Source: Ascidiella aspersa (Eukaryota). From it: a stretch of DNA of 64,000 nucleotides. The position numbers and the translations under genes were made by a program. Within the stretch, counting starts at the first letter, position 1. Each line of letters opens with the position of its first letter. Location: NCBI GenBank assembly GCA_963924565.1, contig OZ004608.1:11780001-11844000 (forward strand), in the 5' to 3' direction. The notes under the pieces are model-generated. The model saw only the letters and a program-made list of their open reading frames with translations. It was not told the DNA's origin and did not search any database. This document shows positions 48,301 through 62,360 of this stretch, piece by piece.

Positions 48301-51300
48301 ATTTTCAGGCAGATCCTCTCTAGTATAGATTCGCTGCTGAGGAACACAAGCTTTTAGAGCGCGGGCTGTAATTACGTATAGCAAGGTGCCCGAGCCAACA
48401 GCCGCACGTCACGCCAAACGATTGCTGTGACAGGTACAACCCTACAAGGCCCCCCTGCGCTGCTCGTATCTTGCAACGTGACAAGATCTCCACTGTAAGA
48501 ACATCAGCGGGCTGGCGAACGAGCAAGGGAACACAAACTGACTGCGCTGCTCCTGTCAGATGTAATCTCCGCAGGCGGAAAACGCGTCGGCCTGAAAACA
48601 CAAGGTGCCGAGACTGCGAAGCGAAAGTGGGAAGTGATTTGGCGTCGCTGGCCGGGCGACAATGACGGAACGTCACCCCCAGGGCCCCGGGCGTCGCATT
48701 GGTGCCGGTCCTGGGCCAAAATTCCGCTGCGCCACACGCTAAGACTAAAACCCCGGGCTCAATCAAACGAAAACACCCGCTTTAGTCGGGCTTCCGTCGA
48801 CTTAAATGGACGCCGCACGCGAGTTTGCAGCACTGGCGAATTGCTATTACACACAGGGGCGCCTTTGATCTCATAGCAACCCACTGTTGAGGTGACGCCG
48901 TCGACTGGTAATAAATTTGCATATTACAACACTTTTGCGCGGGTACAAAGCTTCGTACGCCAGTTCGCCCCAGCCATCCTGGCCTTATCGGGCGCGCTGT
49001 GTGCCAATCAATCAGCGGCGGGTTGTGCTAAAGCTTTGCCTTTTTTACGCGCGCCCCGCGTTGACTTTCCTGCGACAGGGCAAAACGTAAACAGGTCCCG
49101 CGCGCCTTGATGCTATTCGCGGGCATCAGACGGCTTTAAAAAATGTTGCAAAACAGAAGCTTTGAAGACTTAAGATACGTGAACGTGATCTTGTGCACGG
49201 CCAGCAATGTGCCCTGGCTCTGCGACAGGCTAACCCGTGTTGTGGTGCACTTCATAGGCCATGTTCTTGAGACCGGTACAAGTGTCTTAATGGGCACGCT
49301 GTGCGTTATCTTTGCCGATCCTTGTTTGCAATTAGGAGGCTGTGTGTTGCCGCTTCAGCCGTTTGTAGGGACAAAACAAGGCGCTTCCATAGCCGAGATG
49401 TGACTTTCTACCAAGCGCCGAGCAGCAGACGCACACAAACACAAACCCAAACAGCTGTCGGGATCCTAATCGCGGCAAAACGAAAGGCGAGGCTTTGGGA
49501 GCTGCAATTAACTGTCCGCAGAAACCTCGAAAATAGGGGAAAGGAGCAACAGACATTGCATGACCCCCGATGCGAATTGATCGCTGGCAACTAAGTCAAG
49601 GCGATGTGACGTTGCGGGGAGATTTGCTATCGGAAGAGATAAGTTCCGGGTCTGGCGCCGACTGTGGCCGTGCCCTGGAGATAATGTATTTAAATGGAGA
49701 TGTCGCCTGCATGTGTCCCCGGGCAACAACAAACGTTTTCGGCCCTGTTGATTCGACATTGGGGTGCTTTTGGCGCTCTTCGCGCGATCTTACGAGAGTT
49801 TCGTTTTGGGTTGGGACCCGCACAACTGTTGGGACAACAGAATTTAGCCATGTATACGCTTATACATAATTTTTTATCGGTGACAGGAGAAATACTCGAG
49901 CGGGATTTCCAGTGATCAGTCGACGCGATTCCAGCACATCAAAGGTTTCACGAAATTGACGAGACCTGTATCGAAGTTTGTGCATTTTCAAAACACCTTG
50001 TCCCATATACCGATCAACGCCTTATAAGGTAGCAAGCCAATATAGTCGGCGCTCGGGGATATTGTTTGCCGATACTTGCTGCGGGCCGACGGCGATCGCG
50101 AGATAAAAAAAACGATAAAAATACTCGATCAAACGACGGAGCCGATCGGCCGAGGCCTCGCTTAATTATAAACTTTCAGGGTGATAAGAAACCTTCTCGT
50201 TTCGTCTAAACACAAACGGCCAGGCCTTAAGAAACGGCACGTGCGCCGACAATGCAGTTGATAGAAAAAACACGGAAACAAGCCCACAGACGGCGTGATC
50301 GTGGACAAACAAAAGCGTACCGGCCCTTGACCCTATAAAATGTGGCTGGATGCTAGGCCAAAAGAGAAAGCAAACCTCCACAGTTTGCCGATATGATATT
50401 CTAAAGCTACTGCGATAATGTGGTTAAAAATCTTTAAAATAAATTAAAAAAAAAAAACGCTTTTTTGGGCCTTATTTTCCAAGTTTGTGGACAGCTTTAA
50501 GGTTAAATTTGTGTATGTTTTATGATTTACCATTTGAAAACTTAATTATAAATCTTTGAGGCGGTGATAAGCAAATCAAGATTAAAGTACCACAAGTGAG
50601 CACCCAAACTTTGTGTAAACGTAAATGTACCTGTGTTGACTTTATTTTTATTTTATTCATTGTGTATATTTCCGCTCGGTGCTGGCACGAAGCGGTGTAC
50701 ATTGTAAGCACACAATCCCCGAGTTTACTAGCAAAGCCACAATCTCCCGACTATATCGGGCAGGCGAATTTACTGGAGGCTGTGCAAGGAACTTAGCCGT
50801 GGCTACGTCGCCTTGTAAAGAAATAAGCTCGTATACCCTGCAGGTTCACTAAAATCTTCAAAGCTGAAATGATTATCAGCAGAAAAGCGGCGTATAGGGG
50901 AGTGTGGTAATGGGCAGGGGCTAAAAGACCGTTATTTCGCGCAGCTTTTGCATTTTGCTAAAGTATACGGGAAGTTGCAGCAAGCTTCTGACAAAGGGGC
51001 TTACGATTATGAAGTAGCTACGCTTTAAAACAGAACCACACTACGTTAACTATAGGGTGGTTACAAACGACAGTCATAATTGGTCTCTGGGCAAATTTTT
51101 AAAACCAACTTTCGAAAATTTCGCTGTTACGCAGGTTTAAGAAACAAAACTAAATGAAGAACAGACTAGTAAAGCTCAGAAACTGTTCTCAAAATTACTT
51201 AATCTACGTGGTCAAGTAAACATTGAAAGCCTTTCTCGTCAAATGAGCATGGGTTTGCAAACTTTATCAGTAATCTGATTAGAGGCTTTTCAAAATTCTA

Positions 51301-54300
51301 TAAACACATCAAAACCGCCACAAAGGCAGGGATCTAACCGCAGCTTATGCTGCGCTTTGATTCCGTACCTCGAAACTTGGCATTGATGAGCGGCCTGACA
51401 GGTTGTTTATGTTTTCGCCACGGTTAACACGAAGGGTGCAAACAGGCGTGTGATTCAGACGACGATAATATTTGATTTTGCCACGATAGTGACTCACAAA
51501 CAAAACGACCACGGATTAATGCGGCAACAATGGAAAAGCGATCGACTGGCGCACCCCAAACGGCATAAAACGTCTCGTTGCGGTCGAGAGTCCGCTGTAG
51601 CTTTGCCAACAGTTGTGAGCCGAAACACGTGGTAAAGACTGCAACAAACACACCGGGCGGTCGTAAAAGACGCGGTTATTCAGGTTCGGTAAACAGCATT
51701 AACCGTTATTGGTAGCCCGATTGCAGCACTTCAGCTTTGATCGCTGTAAAGAGGTGCAACGCCAAACAGCCCGGATCGGAAGAATGGCGACCGTTATGCG
51801 AAGTTTATGGCCCCTGCCCGTGTTGACATGGGGCAAATGTTTAGCGGCTATTAGGCCACTTTATCGGGCCACACCAAGAGCGGTCAGCTGGCCTTTTTAT
51901 TTAACAAATTTGTGTGCATTTTCGCTTTATTAGTGCAAAAAGTAGAACAGGAAAATCAGGGTGGAAAATTGGATCAAACTACAGCCAAAGTTTGGAAAAA
52001 TGTCAAGCAATTATGGTTTATAAAATGAATCGACTTGTGTTTTTCGAAGTGTCCTTAAATGCTACTGATATGAGTAAATGCAGTAAAAAATAAAACGCTG
52101 AAAAACGAGTGGTTTAGTTGCTGCTATTAGGTACGGGCAAACAAGGCAGGTAGGCTATACACTACAGCTCGTTGTCCCACAGTTTAATCTCTGTGCAAAC
52201 TTTTCGAGCTTCAACACACATTGGACGGAGTAGCGCAAATCAATTCAGGCGAAAGTTGTGGATACATCGATCCTGTTCCGCGCGCAGATTATGAAACTGG
52301 CAACAATTCTTGCGTACCGCATATACGTTATGTGTCTTTTTGTTTTACATTATTAGATTTATTTAAAACTATTTTTGAAAATGTAAATACTCAAATAAAT
52401 CGTACAACTTGGTGTGTTCAAACTTTTCAGCGTAATGTTTTAAAACGAATTTAAACGTTGTTAGAATGTAGGTATTAAACAAACTAACATTTCCTTTTTA
52501 TTTATTTAAAGACTAATTGATTTGGGACGAAACTTCTGATTTTATTTCCTTATCTTATCTTTAATACAAAAATAAAGTGTCAAAGATTTACATTCCACTG
52601 AATGTGCACACACAGTTGCAGTGTAAACAAAGTTTATTGTCCTAACCTGTGGTGCAAAGACTTATGTAATAGTTCGATGTAACGATAAGGATAACCCCAT
52701 TCAGCCGTTTAGTTATCGCTTAAATCGACTGCTCAAGAGGCTTAACTGATTCGTTTAGATGCAAATTCATAGAGGTGTGCCAAGATGTGATAAGAATAAA
52801 TGGCTGGGCGAGGCTTATGTTTACCATCACAAAACCGAACAGACGATCGAAAGCTTGTAGCGATTTGGGGGTGCTGATTCGAGTTTGAGCTCAAACCAGA
52901 GTGGCACGGAGGCCCATATACGTCGCGTGTAAGGGCATCAAACGAAGACACCAAACTCTCAAATTTACATCAAGATTGTCGGCTTAGCGCGACCTTAAGA
53001 AGGCGAATTTTACGACAATTGGTCGTAAAGCGGCTTTCTCCTAAGATGCAATGGTGAACTCCCGTCACACTTACCTACACACACACAAGCGCAAAAATAT
53101 CTAAAATTGAATTAAAATTTTTGCGGCAAGGGGCGTACATGTGCCTGCCCCTACCCCCAGAAACCCCATAATCGGTTCCGTCAACGGTAGGGGTTGAAAA
53201 ATCGAAGACCTTCCATCACTTCAAGGAGAGGTGAGACTGAAAACGCAGTCAGCGGTTAAGCGCAGAAAAAAAAGCACGCGGTAAGGCGGCAGGGAGAAAG
53301 GCGCCGGGCTTTCATGCCCCTTATCGCAGGCGCAGATCAGCCGCGCGTAAACATGGCAATAACCACGACAGGCAATTACCAAAGGTAGCAACACGCAGGG
53401 GAACGGATCTTAATAACGTGACGGCGAGGTTTGGCGATTGAAACGTTAAGGATAGGAATAAGCGGCGGTTCCTTACAACAACAGAACAACAGCGGCGGTT
53501 TCCTTAAATTTGAAGACAGAATCGAGTTCCCTAAACCGAATAGGGAAATTGGAGAAGTTATCGAAAACCCTGGATGCTTAGAAGAGAAATAAGCAGCTCC
53601 TCTTCTCAAATTACGAAGCCCTTGCGAGGCTGCCGGTACAAGGAGAGGTGACAACCGAAAACAATCAAGCCCGTTTAATTATAAACGCCGACGAGAAGGG
53701 AGGGGGGGGCGTATATTTAGCTCCGCCGAAACTCGCTTGCCAGCCCGCAGCACTAATACAAACACAGCTGCGTTTCTCGGAGCGGAGGCCTTATAATGCT
53801 CGACCCTGCTAAAACAAAAGCGTCAGCGCGCCGCGAAATCGCAACCTGGCATCAGCGTTCTTCTTTAATGCATATGCGCGCAAACGGCAATTGCCGATTG
53901 TGCAAACAGGGAGGGCTACACGACGTCGCCGCCTCAGCATTCCATTGTTGTTGCGGAAAGGCCACGCGTAAATCGCCCAGCGTTGTTTACTGAACCCAAG
54001 CGAAGCCAGACTGACAAGCGCCCGCGTGTCCCAATACGAAGCCGTAACCCAGCCACAACGGCTCGGTTGGCAGACATGACTTGTACGGCGTTCTGGAATT
54101 CTCCAGCCCACCAGCGCTGTACACAACAGCAAGGAATCCCTGAAAAGCAAAAAAACAAGCAGCAGGACAACAAGTCGGGGCGAGCGCGCACGGTTCCTGG
54201 CCATAAATCGCCGAAAATGCGCGGAATTAAGCCTCGCCGCGAGACCGTATTATTTTTGCTGGTGCTCAAACCTGGCGCCTGCTGTAGCTACAAGGGCGCG

Positions 54301-57300
54301 CGTCGCACAAAAGGCTATGGATTCATGCGATCTAGCATAGCTGGTGCCGGTATGCGACGCTATATCACTGCGACGCGACAAGAATCAAAACAAGTTCCAC
54401 AGCGGATTGCCGCGCCGGCCCTATCAAGTAGCGAGGGGCGCCTGATCAAACAAGAACGCGCCACCAAACGGCCACTTGAGCGCGCTAGCGGGATTGCTCT
54501 GTCACGCGACACCGCGCTTCGCACGCAAATCTAAATCGGAGCTAATGGAAAGCTTACATAGCGCGGGCGTGAATTTGGTTAGCGTGAGTATGTCTTGACA
54601 AAGGATGGGAGAGAGTTTGCTGGTCGATATGATTTGTACGGTGTTGTCGCCATCATTTGTGATTTTAGAGGGCTTTACAAGAAAAAGGAGCGGAATTTTT
54701 CGCATTTGAGTAAAACTGAATGCTAAAAATTCATTTACGGTTGGTACAACAACTACAAAGCCTTTTCATACTTCCTTGAGGTTTGTAAACGAATCGCACC
54801 ACAGCAGCCGAGCACTGGGGATAAAAGGCAAACCAATAAATTCAAAGCATCGCTCTTTACTGACCCTTAGCGGCAAAGTATCGCCACCCCGAAAGCGCGA
54901 AAGATTTAAGTGGAAGCTATATCGCCATAAATCCAAAGCAATTAGGCGCGTTGTTGACCGAGCCGCGAGTGATTGACGGTGGCACGATCGGAAATCGGCC
55001 TCGGCCGCAAAGCACTAAATCAGGACCCGGGCGGGCGCAGGCCCCGGCATAGGGAAAATAAACACTTGCGGTGGAAAAATAATGGGCTCCCAACTTGTAC
55101 GTGTGTGGCATTGTGCGAGGAGCGGGTTCGCGCGAGTTGAACGACCTCTCTTGGCAGGAAAGACGAGATTTGACCGACAATATTGACTCTGCATTATAGC
55201 AGGGCCGGGGTTTATCGCAATGCGCTAAAGCCAGGGCCCGATCCAATCCTTCGGAAAGAGGACTTTTGTTCTATTCTTAGTTCCATCTTAGGCGCCCAGA
55301 GCGCTAAGGTGCTAAAGGGGTGCCAGTCGAGATTCTACCTCTTCAATACATTTCCCCTCCAAGAATATTTTCTTACAGGGCTTTCGGGTCGCGCGACTGT
55401 CGGAGACAAACACGGCGGATGTGATTAGCGCTCCTTCCATTGTTACCCGGTCGCGACCGCGCGGCCTCTCGAGGACGCTTGTTTGCGTTAAAGCGGGCTC
55501 CATCACCCCCTACCGGCGTTACCCCCGTTCCACCGCCAGCACACCCCCCACGACCGGTTGCTGGGCTCCGTCCCGAGCCGTGTGCGGGCGCAGCTATCCT
55601 GCAAGAAGGACACAATAGGCGAGCAAATAAAAAGCGTATGAGTATTGTCGCTATAGCTCGGCCGGGAAAGATTTGTTGTTGACGGGAGATCGGTTCAACT
55701 CGAGGGATGTAGGCGTATAAAGAGGCAGCAGAAGCTACTCTATAGGCTTTACCGCGACTCGCGGCCCTCGTTTACATAGCCATTCTGAAAAAAGACAAGT
55801 TCCTTATTTAACACAATCTTTGTCTTTTTTAAACCTATACTGGCCAGTGTGTAGACGTTCGATTTTGATATAAGTGAGACCTCACCTTTTACCGCGATTT
55901 AGCACGATGGGCGATGGTATTTATTACAGTCGGAAACACCTATAGTTTAACGACTTCAAGCCTAGTAAAAACAGGGAAAATAGCACCTTATATAAATGCT
56001 ATGAATACAAATTTTTAGAGAAGCGTTAGAAACAGAGTATAGGAACCTAGCCTGAGGCAAATAAAGGTCGTGCAAACTTGCTGATGAAAAAATAAGGAAT
56101 ACGCAGATCTGTTAACTCCCACGCTAATTTAATCAATTTTAATATAACTTATCAAAAATCCGTCAGATTGAGATTTACATTGTTTGAGCAGGGTGAGTTT
56201 TTTGCCGACCGCCTTTCAAGCGGGTAACTATTTTGACAAGGGATCCGTAAATTGGCCTTCACAGCAGCGAAACGCCCATCGCAGTTGGGCGTCAGTCGAA
56301 ATCGGATCCAGGCGTCAATCTCAGAGACCAAAAATAGGACTCCCTAACAGGCGAGTAATTGCGTTCGGCCTATCGCCGTGCCGATCAGGACTGATCTTGA
56401 CCTGACCCTGAAGATGCCCCCGACGACTCCCAGCAGGCACTCCCAGTCACGTGATTCGATACAACGTAGCGCCTCGGCGATTGTATCTTATCTAGCTATG
56501 ATGTGGCGCGTCGGGGTTCTGGCACGTGATCATATGGGGGACATCAAGGAGCTATCTATCTCCAATGTGTGCCCTCTCAATTAAGAGAGCAAACGGCAGC
56601 GCGATATAAGTGCTTAATAATTAACAACTGCGTGGTTATTAGGTTAAGACGTGTGCGCCGCCTGAGACGATCAAGGCGTAGAAAGCCGCTCAGAAAAGCG
56701 CCCAAATAATTAGGAGCCTAAACGCTACTGTGCTCACAATTGCCCGAAGCCGTGGCTGTCAGGCTGCCAATCGAACACTTATATTTAGACGAGTGAATTG
56801 GCATCGCTCGCAGCGGGCGCGTTTGTAGTAACAGTCGAGCGATATTCCACATGTTTGCACGAATGATTTACCGCGGCCTGCTAATGGAATCGCGTTGACT
56901 GTATCTCATTGGGGTAGGGCCTACTGTGGCCGCACAACACCTGGCGTTTCGCGCGATGCGGTACTTTTAACATCCGGTTTCTAAATATCAAGAGCAGGTC
57001 ATCTGATCTGTGGTATTTCGGAGGACCCCGAAATACATCTGCAAACCCTGATAAATGTTTAAGGCTAGATCGAGTTGGCCCAACCCGTGTGATAATAACG
57101 CTTTAAATGGTAGGAAAACTAAGGGCCTCTTTAGATTCTGGTAAACGCGTTTTTCCGCCTATAACCGTTTGTGAAGAGGTTACAAAGCTAAAAATAACCA
57201 GGGTCGAAAAGAGGCGGTTTTCTTTTAAGTTCAATTGACAAAGTGGCCGAACGTGATAATGCGATCAAATCCTCGGCCGAAATGCCGATTTGAACGAAAT

Positions 57301-60135
57301 GCACCTGGCTCTGTGTGCCAGGCCTATCATCCTTGTATCGCAAAGGTGACGGGCAACTGACAAGGGGCTCTATGGCGAGATTAGCTAGAGACGGAGCAGG
57401 GCTCTGTTTACGTTCAAACAGTCATATTAAAAAAAATGCAAAGGGCGCTCCAAGATTTGTTTTGGGATCCTCGTCTTTGACACGTTCTCAAGTGGGCCGT
57501 CGAAGCGATGCCTGATAAGAGAGGCATTTTTGCGGACCCTCTAGGCCTGGTGGCGTGATTTGGCAATATCGCTAACAAAACGTTTCTGTTACACAACTTG
57601 AAGTTTTACCTTGATCGATCGGGCTTATATCGGCTGGAGAATCTCACACAACGTTGGCGAAATGCCATGCGTTAATTTGATAGCATAGCGAACAAATAGC
57701 TTACAAAATATGTGTTGAATGCTCATTTGCAATATAGAAATATTCACCATAATGTTTATGAATAGCGAGCAAATCGATATCGAATCATTTGCCTTTTCAA
57801 AAGATTTATCAAAGATTCAAAAATCAAAAGATTTATCAAAAATTCAAATCCGTCCGTTGCTTAGTGTACCAGCTTCTTTTGGAAATTTTCACAGAACACA
57901 ATTACAAATAATTTTTTACCTATTCATTATAGGATCATCATAATTAGAGGAAATTATTGAACAAGAATAAATTATAAGGCTATACAAGTCAAAACTTCAT
58001 ATTTCCCATACTGCGTAAATAAATTCATTAAACAAATTTGGCGCATGTAAAACTCCAAATCTTGCTCTGTTTCGGTCGCAAGTGCTTGTTACCGTGGAAA
58101 CGGCGGTCAATTATGTGCTGGTAAGACCCTTAATTTTGCTCATGTCCCTGCAGAAGACGGTGGATGCCAAATACCGCAGTACGCAATTTGCGAAACCGTG
58201 TATCTACTCGTGACACGCCCTTGATGAAATACGCAATTTGGCGGAGCAATAAAAATTGAACGCACTCATTTGTGGTTTCGTTTTTCCTATTTTGCTCTCC
58301 CACGTTGTGGGCTGCCCCTGTTTAGGTAAAAGTCGCGTTTTTCGTCGGCCAAAGTAACACCTTTCCATAGCTTTGATCATTCAATTAACTCACGTTCGGT
58401 GACCGCACTTACAAAAGGCCACACACGCCATCAATCATCACACGCGGAAAATAAACCGTTGCGGAGCTTGTACGAAGCAAACCTGTATCAGATATCGCTG
58501 CACATGTATGTCGAAAACCCTTCCGCCCAACGTCCCTCTTGAACCTCCGCTAAACAGGTTTTCACCCAAAACACCTGCCGCTGATTTTGCACTCAGACGA
58601 TTACGATCTGCACCGGCGAGTTACAAAGGCCCCTGTCGGCCAGTGGACGGTAAAAAGATCAGCGTAAACGGTTCGCACACATATCGACTTTCTAGGCATT
58701 TGGTGACGTACCAACTGCTACAGACCTAGTGTTTCCATAACACCTGCGCTAAAAGAGCACTAGGAGTCGGTGCGCCAGCATAAACAGAGGCGATCGGCAG
58801 AGCTGCTTTTTCGTTTACTGGGATCAGCAAAGAAGACGTAAAAACGACATTCACGCGGGTCGCCAAGGTTTGTGGAAAATTGCGGCTTTTGCCTGAAAAT
58901 GCCAGCTGCGCGTGCCCCGTTCCAGGCCGCAGCACAGGCCCCTATTTGCTCGGCTGAAATTACAGACCTCACAAACACACGTCATCGTCACCACGCGCGA
59001 TATTCAGTGCCAGAGCTGCGTGCCAAATTTACGCTCGGAAATTTAATATTTTTGTCACTTCCACTCACCAGGAACGCAACTTGATACACCAGAGTTTTGG
59101 CAAACTACCGGGATTCGGCGGAAATTCCAGGGTTGAAAATGTGGACTTGCGCGCGCCGAAACGGGCTTGCTTTAACACCGGGTGGTCGAACGGCAATTTC
59201 GTCTTTCACGATTCCGAACCGGTGTGTAGTTGCGTGCTTATGCATACACAAAGAGCGGTGTAGAGTTTATATTTGTGGCGGCTTCGTGCGAGTCGACAAT
59301 CGACTTCTGGGACCTCAAATCCATCCGCAGCTGTCAGTCGGACCTTATATGCACGCCGCCTTTGACTCTCTGCTGGCCGCAGGGATGAGCGCGTGAAACA
59401 TGTCAAGTGGTCGACTTTTTCTAGCTAGAATTCCTGTCTTGCCACAATCAGGCTCAGGTTTGCCTCCAAATGACAGACGGCAAGTTAAACGCGGATTGCG
59501 CAGACAACACGGCGGGTGGCTTAGAAACCTAAGGCTAACTGGGTGGCTGCAACACTTTTATGTGGCCTAATATCAGAACTGACAACTAGGTATGTCCGAT
59601 AATATCGGATCGGAGCCGCTACCTGAGAACCAGATGTAGCCTTTAGGTACTTTAGATACTAGAGTGGTATCGATACTGTCGCAACACGTCAGCACATCAA
59701 ATTAATTCTTTGTTTTATCGCCTTAATGTTGCGTCACGGAAAGTTTTTGTTTAAATTCGATTGCCGATATCTCTTGGTAGAGTTTGCTACGAATGCCTTG
59801 TTACACCAATTTTTATGCGTCAGAGCTGTATGTGATGTGACGTATATCCGTTTAATGTGAGCGTTTTGTTTTGAAATTCGCCTTATTGTCAACAATCCAG
59901 AATTTTTAGAATCGAACGCCAGTTACGTCGCAATGTAGATCGAAGCGCTTTTGTTCAAGCCATATTGGGACAAAAATATTATTTCCGTCTATAAGAGTCG
60001 AGAGAAAAAGGTTTAGACCACGCCTTGTTGTCACGTGATTTATTATTGAAAATCGTAAGAATATCTACGTCAATATTTCCTGTGCATTTTAGAAATCTTT
60101 TTCGCCAATAAGTATAGTCGCACAATCGAATAAAT

Positions 60136-60175
60136 CAACCAGTATCACCCAGTATCAACCAGTATCACCCAGTAC
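60136..60175. repeat. 10-bp tandem repeat x4 (CAMCCAGTAT)
   Basis: CAACCAGTATCACCCAGTATCAACCAGTATCACCCAGTAC. Confidence 0.8.
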
Positions 60176-62068
60176 TGCCTAGTGCAGAGAGGCTTTTATA
60201 GCTTCTACTCAGACAGCAAAATTGACTGTTCATGTATCTGAACTAAAGGAAAGAATTGGACCTGAATGGCCTCACGAAGACAGGCCATCTCAAATCTTGT
60301 AGGAGTGTGGTCGATTCATCTTGGCAATTATATAAATGAAGACTCATTAATCGGACCCACACCCCCTACAATACCTATCCGATTCCAATTTATACGTGCA
60401 TTATTTTGTATCGGATCGGACATGTGTGTTTTTACCCAACATTTTTAGATCGCCATCGTAATAAAATACGAAGTATGATTCATCCAGTCTTTCAAACCCT
60501 AAAATCAACCACAGGTCTACTTGATATAATATTTATGACCAGTTAAACTATCATACGGCCACAACAAGAAAGGAATTTGACGGCGAAGCTATAGTGTGAA
60601 AAAGATGCCGGCCATTGGCAAAAGGGCCTTAAATCGTGGCCGCCGACGGCTGTTGTTGATGCCGAGTTTCGCAATGGGAGAGCAGCGGCGAGGTCGATGG
60701 CCGTGGCAGAGATCACAACGCACTGGAGCCCGCGCGGAAAGAGTCCCGCGAGACATTCCGAGAATAAATCTTGACGGATCGGATTTTGTTTGCTCGGGCG
60801 GCGGGTGGGCAAAAACGAACGGAATCTGGCGAAAAAGCGGCGGCGTGGATGGATCTGTGGCCTTTCGCTGCTTTGCACCCGGCTATAGGTTATCCATATA
60901 CACGGCGGGCGGTTGGCTCGCTTAAGCGCAAGTGTTGCCGGAATGCTCTGGTATCTACTGTACATACAGTATACCTGTAGGGCGCCCGCGGAACGCCGTT
61001 TATCGGAATAAAAGCGACACGAGGTCGCTGTTATTTAAAACAGCCAATTTTATGCGATTAATACTTGTATCACTTACTTTAATAAAATGTTGCCCAAAAA
61101 AAATTCTACAAGTAAAACAATGCCTGGCAGCAACAGCATATTCATTAATACATGTATGTAATAAATTTGTATTCGGGAGATATTATTTTAACGAGTAGGC
61201 CTATGTCATTTAAATTACAGTGTCACTTATGACACTGAGTTCAAAACTTTGACCTTTCTGATAAGCAATGTTGAAACCTATGTTTTTTTTAACACATACG
61301 CTATATTTTATATTCGTAATATCCACATTCTTTATTCGCTATATTTTGTAATTTCTAAGTGCCGACTTAGAATCAACGTACAAAATACTTGCAAAACCCC
61401 TAACATCCGTGTTATGCTGTTCCAAAACGAACAACGTATGACACGTAGTCCTTTTGGAATTTTCGCGTGCACCTAATGCACTGTTTACCGTCGTTTATTG
61501 TTTCACCACAATAGAAGGATTTATGGCGATTACTTGGGGCAAAACAGCCCGTCGCCGAAAGTGATTCATAGCGGCATCGTAAAACCGCATGTTACAAATT
61601 TGCCCGTGTTGCAACCGTACACAGCACGCAGTCAGGGTTGGAAAGCGCGTTGAGATATTGCAGGCAATGTAAAGTGTGTACTTTTCGTTCGCTTATTAAT
61701 CACTGTCGGTGGCGGCTTGTAATTACAACACGAACAGGGACGGTTTTCCATTTTTCGGGCTGATAACCGCTACAGCAATCACCAAAAGGGCAATTTTCGT
61801 ACCATTTTTGGTGCAAACAAATAACATTAGCAGCGCAAACGCAAACGCTATACAGATGCGCGAGTCAATAACATATCGTCTCCTTATTGCTACAGAATAA
61901 TATTGACGAGGGCGTGTGTACTCGGTGGACGATAGTGGGGCGTGCCAAGGAACGTTCGCGAAGTCAGTGTTCAGTCGTACAGCAACAATACTCCAGCAGT
62001 GCGCAAACAGCATTGTGGCGAATGGCCGAAATAGGGCTGCCCAAATCCAAAAAGCTCCTCCCTTAGAG

Positions 62069-62360
62069 CAGGAGTTCTTAAACTTTTTTACTGCGGATCC
62101 ATAGATTTTTTTGCTTCGCGCGGAACAGGGTCGGCACCAGTTTCAACACTGACGTCACAAAACAATTAGACTTTATAAATCAAGTTAAATGGAGTCTAAA
62201 TACAGTCAGTACAAAACCGTTTTATTTTAATTAAACTGTTTTATTTGAAAAATTGATTACTTCTTAAATGCACAAATATTTTAATTAGATCTTCATGGAC
62301 CCCCTAAAACTAGTTCACGGATCCCAAAGGGGTTCATGGACTCCAGTTTAAGAACCCCTG
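62069..62360. mobile_element. Non-autonomous hAT MITE (same family as 9540-9787)
   Basis: TIRs CAGGAGTTCTTAAACT / AGTTTAAGAACCCCTG; TSD CCTTAGAG / CTTTATAG; shares ATGGACCCCCTAAAACTAGTTCACG with the 9.7-kb copy. Confidence 0.82.

Noticed and set aside
15700-52000. Recurrent TAATCC/GGATTA (K50 homeodomain) sites suggesting an Otx/Pitx enhancer array
   Set aside because: About 20 counted by eye, which is no more than chance expectation for a 6-mer over this length
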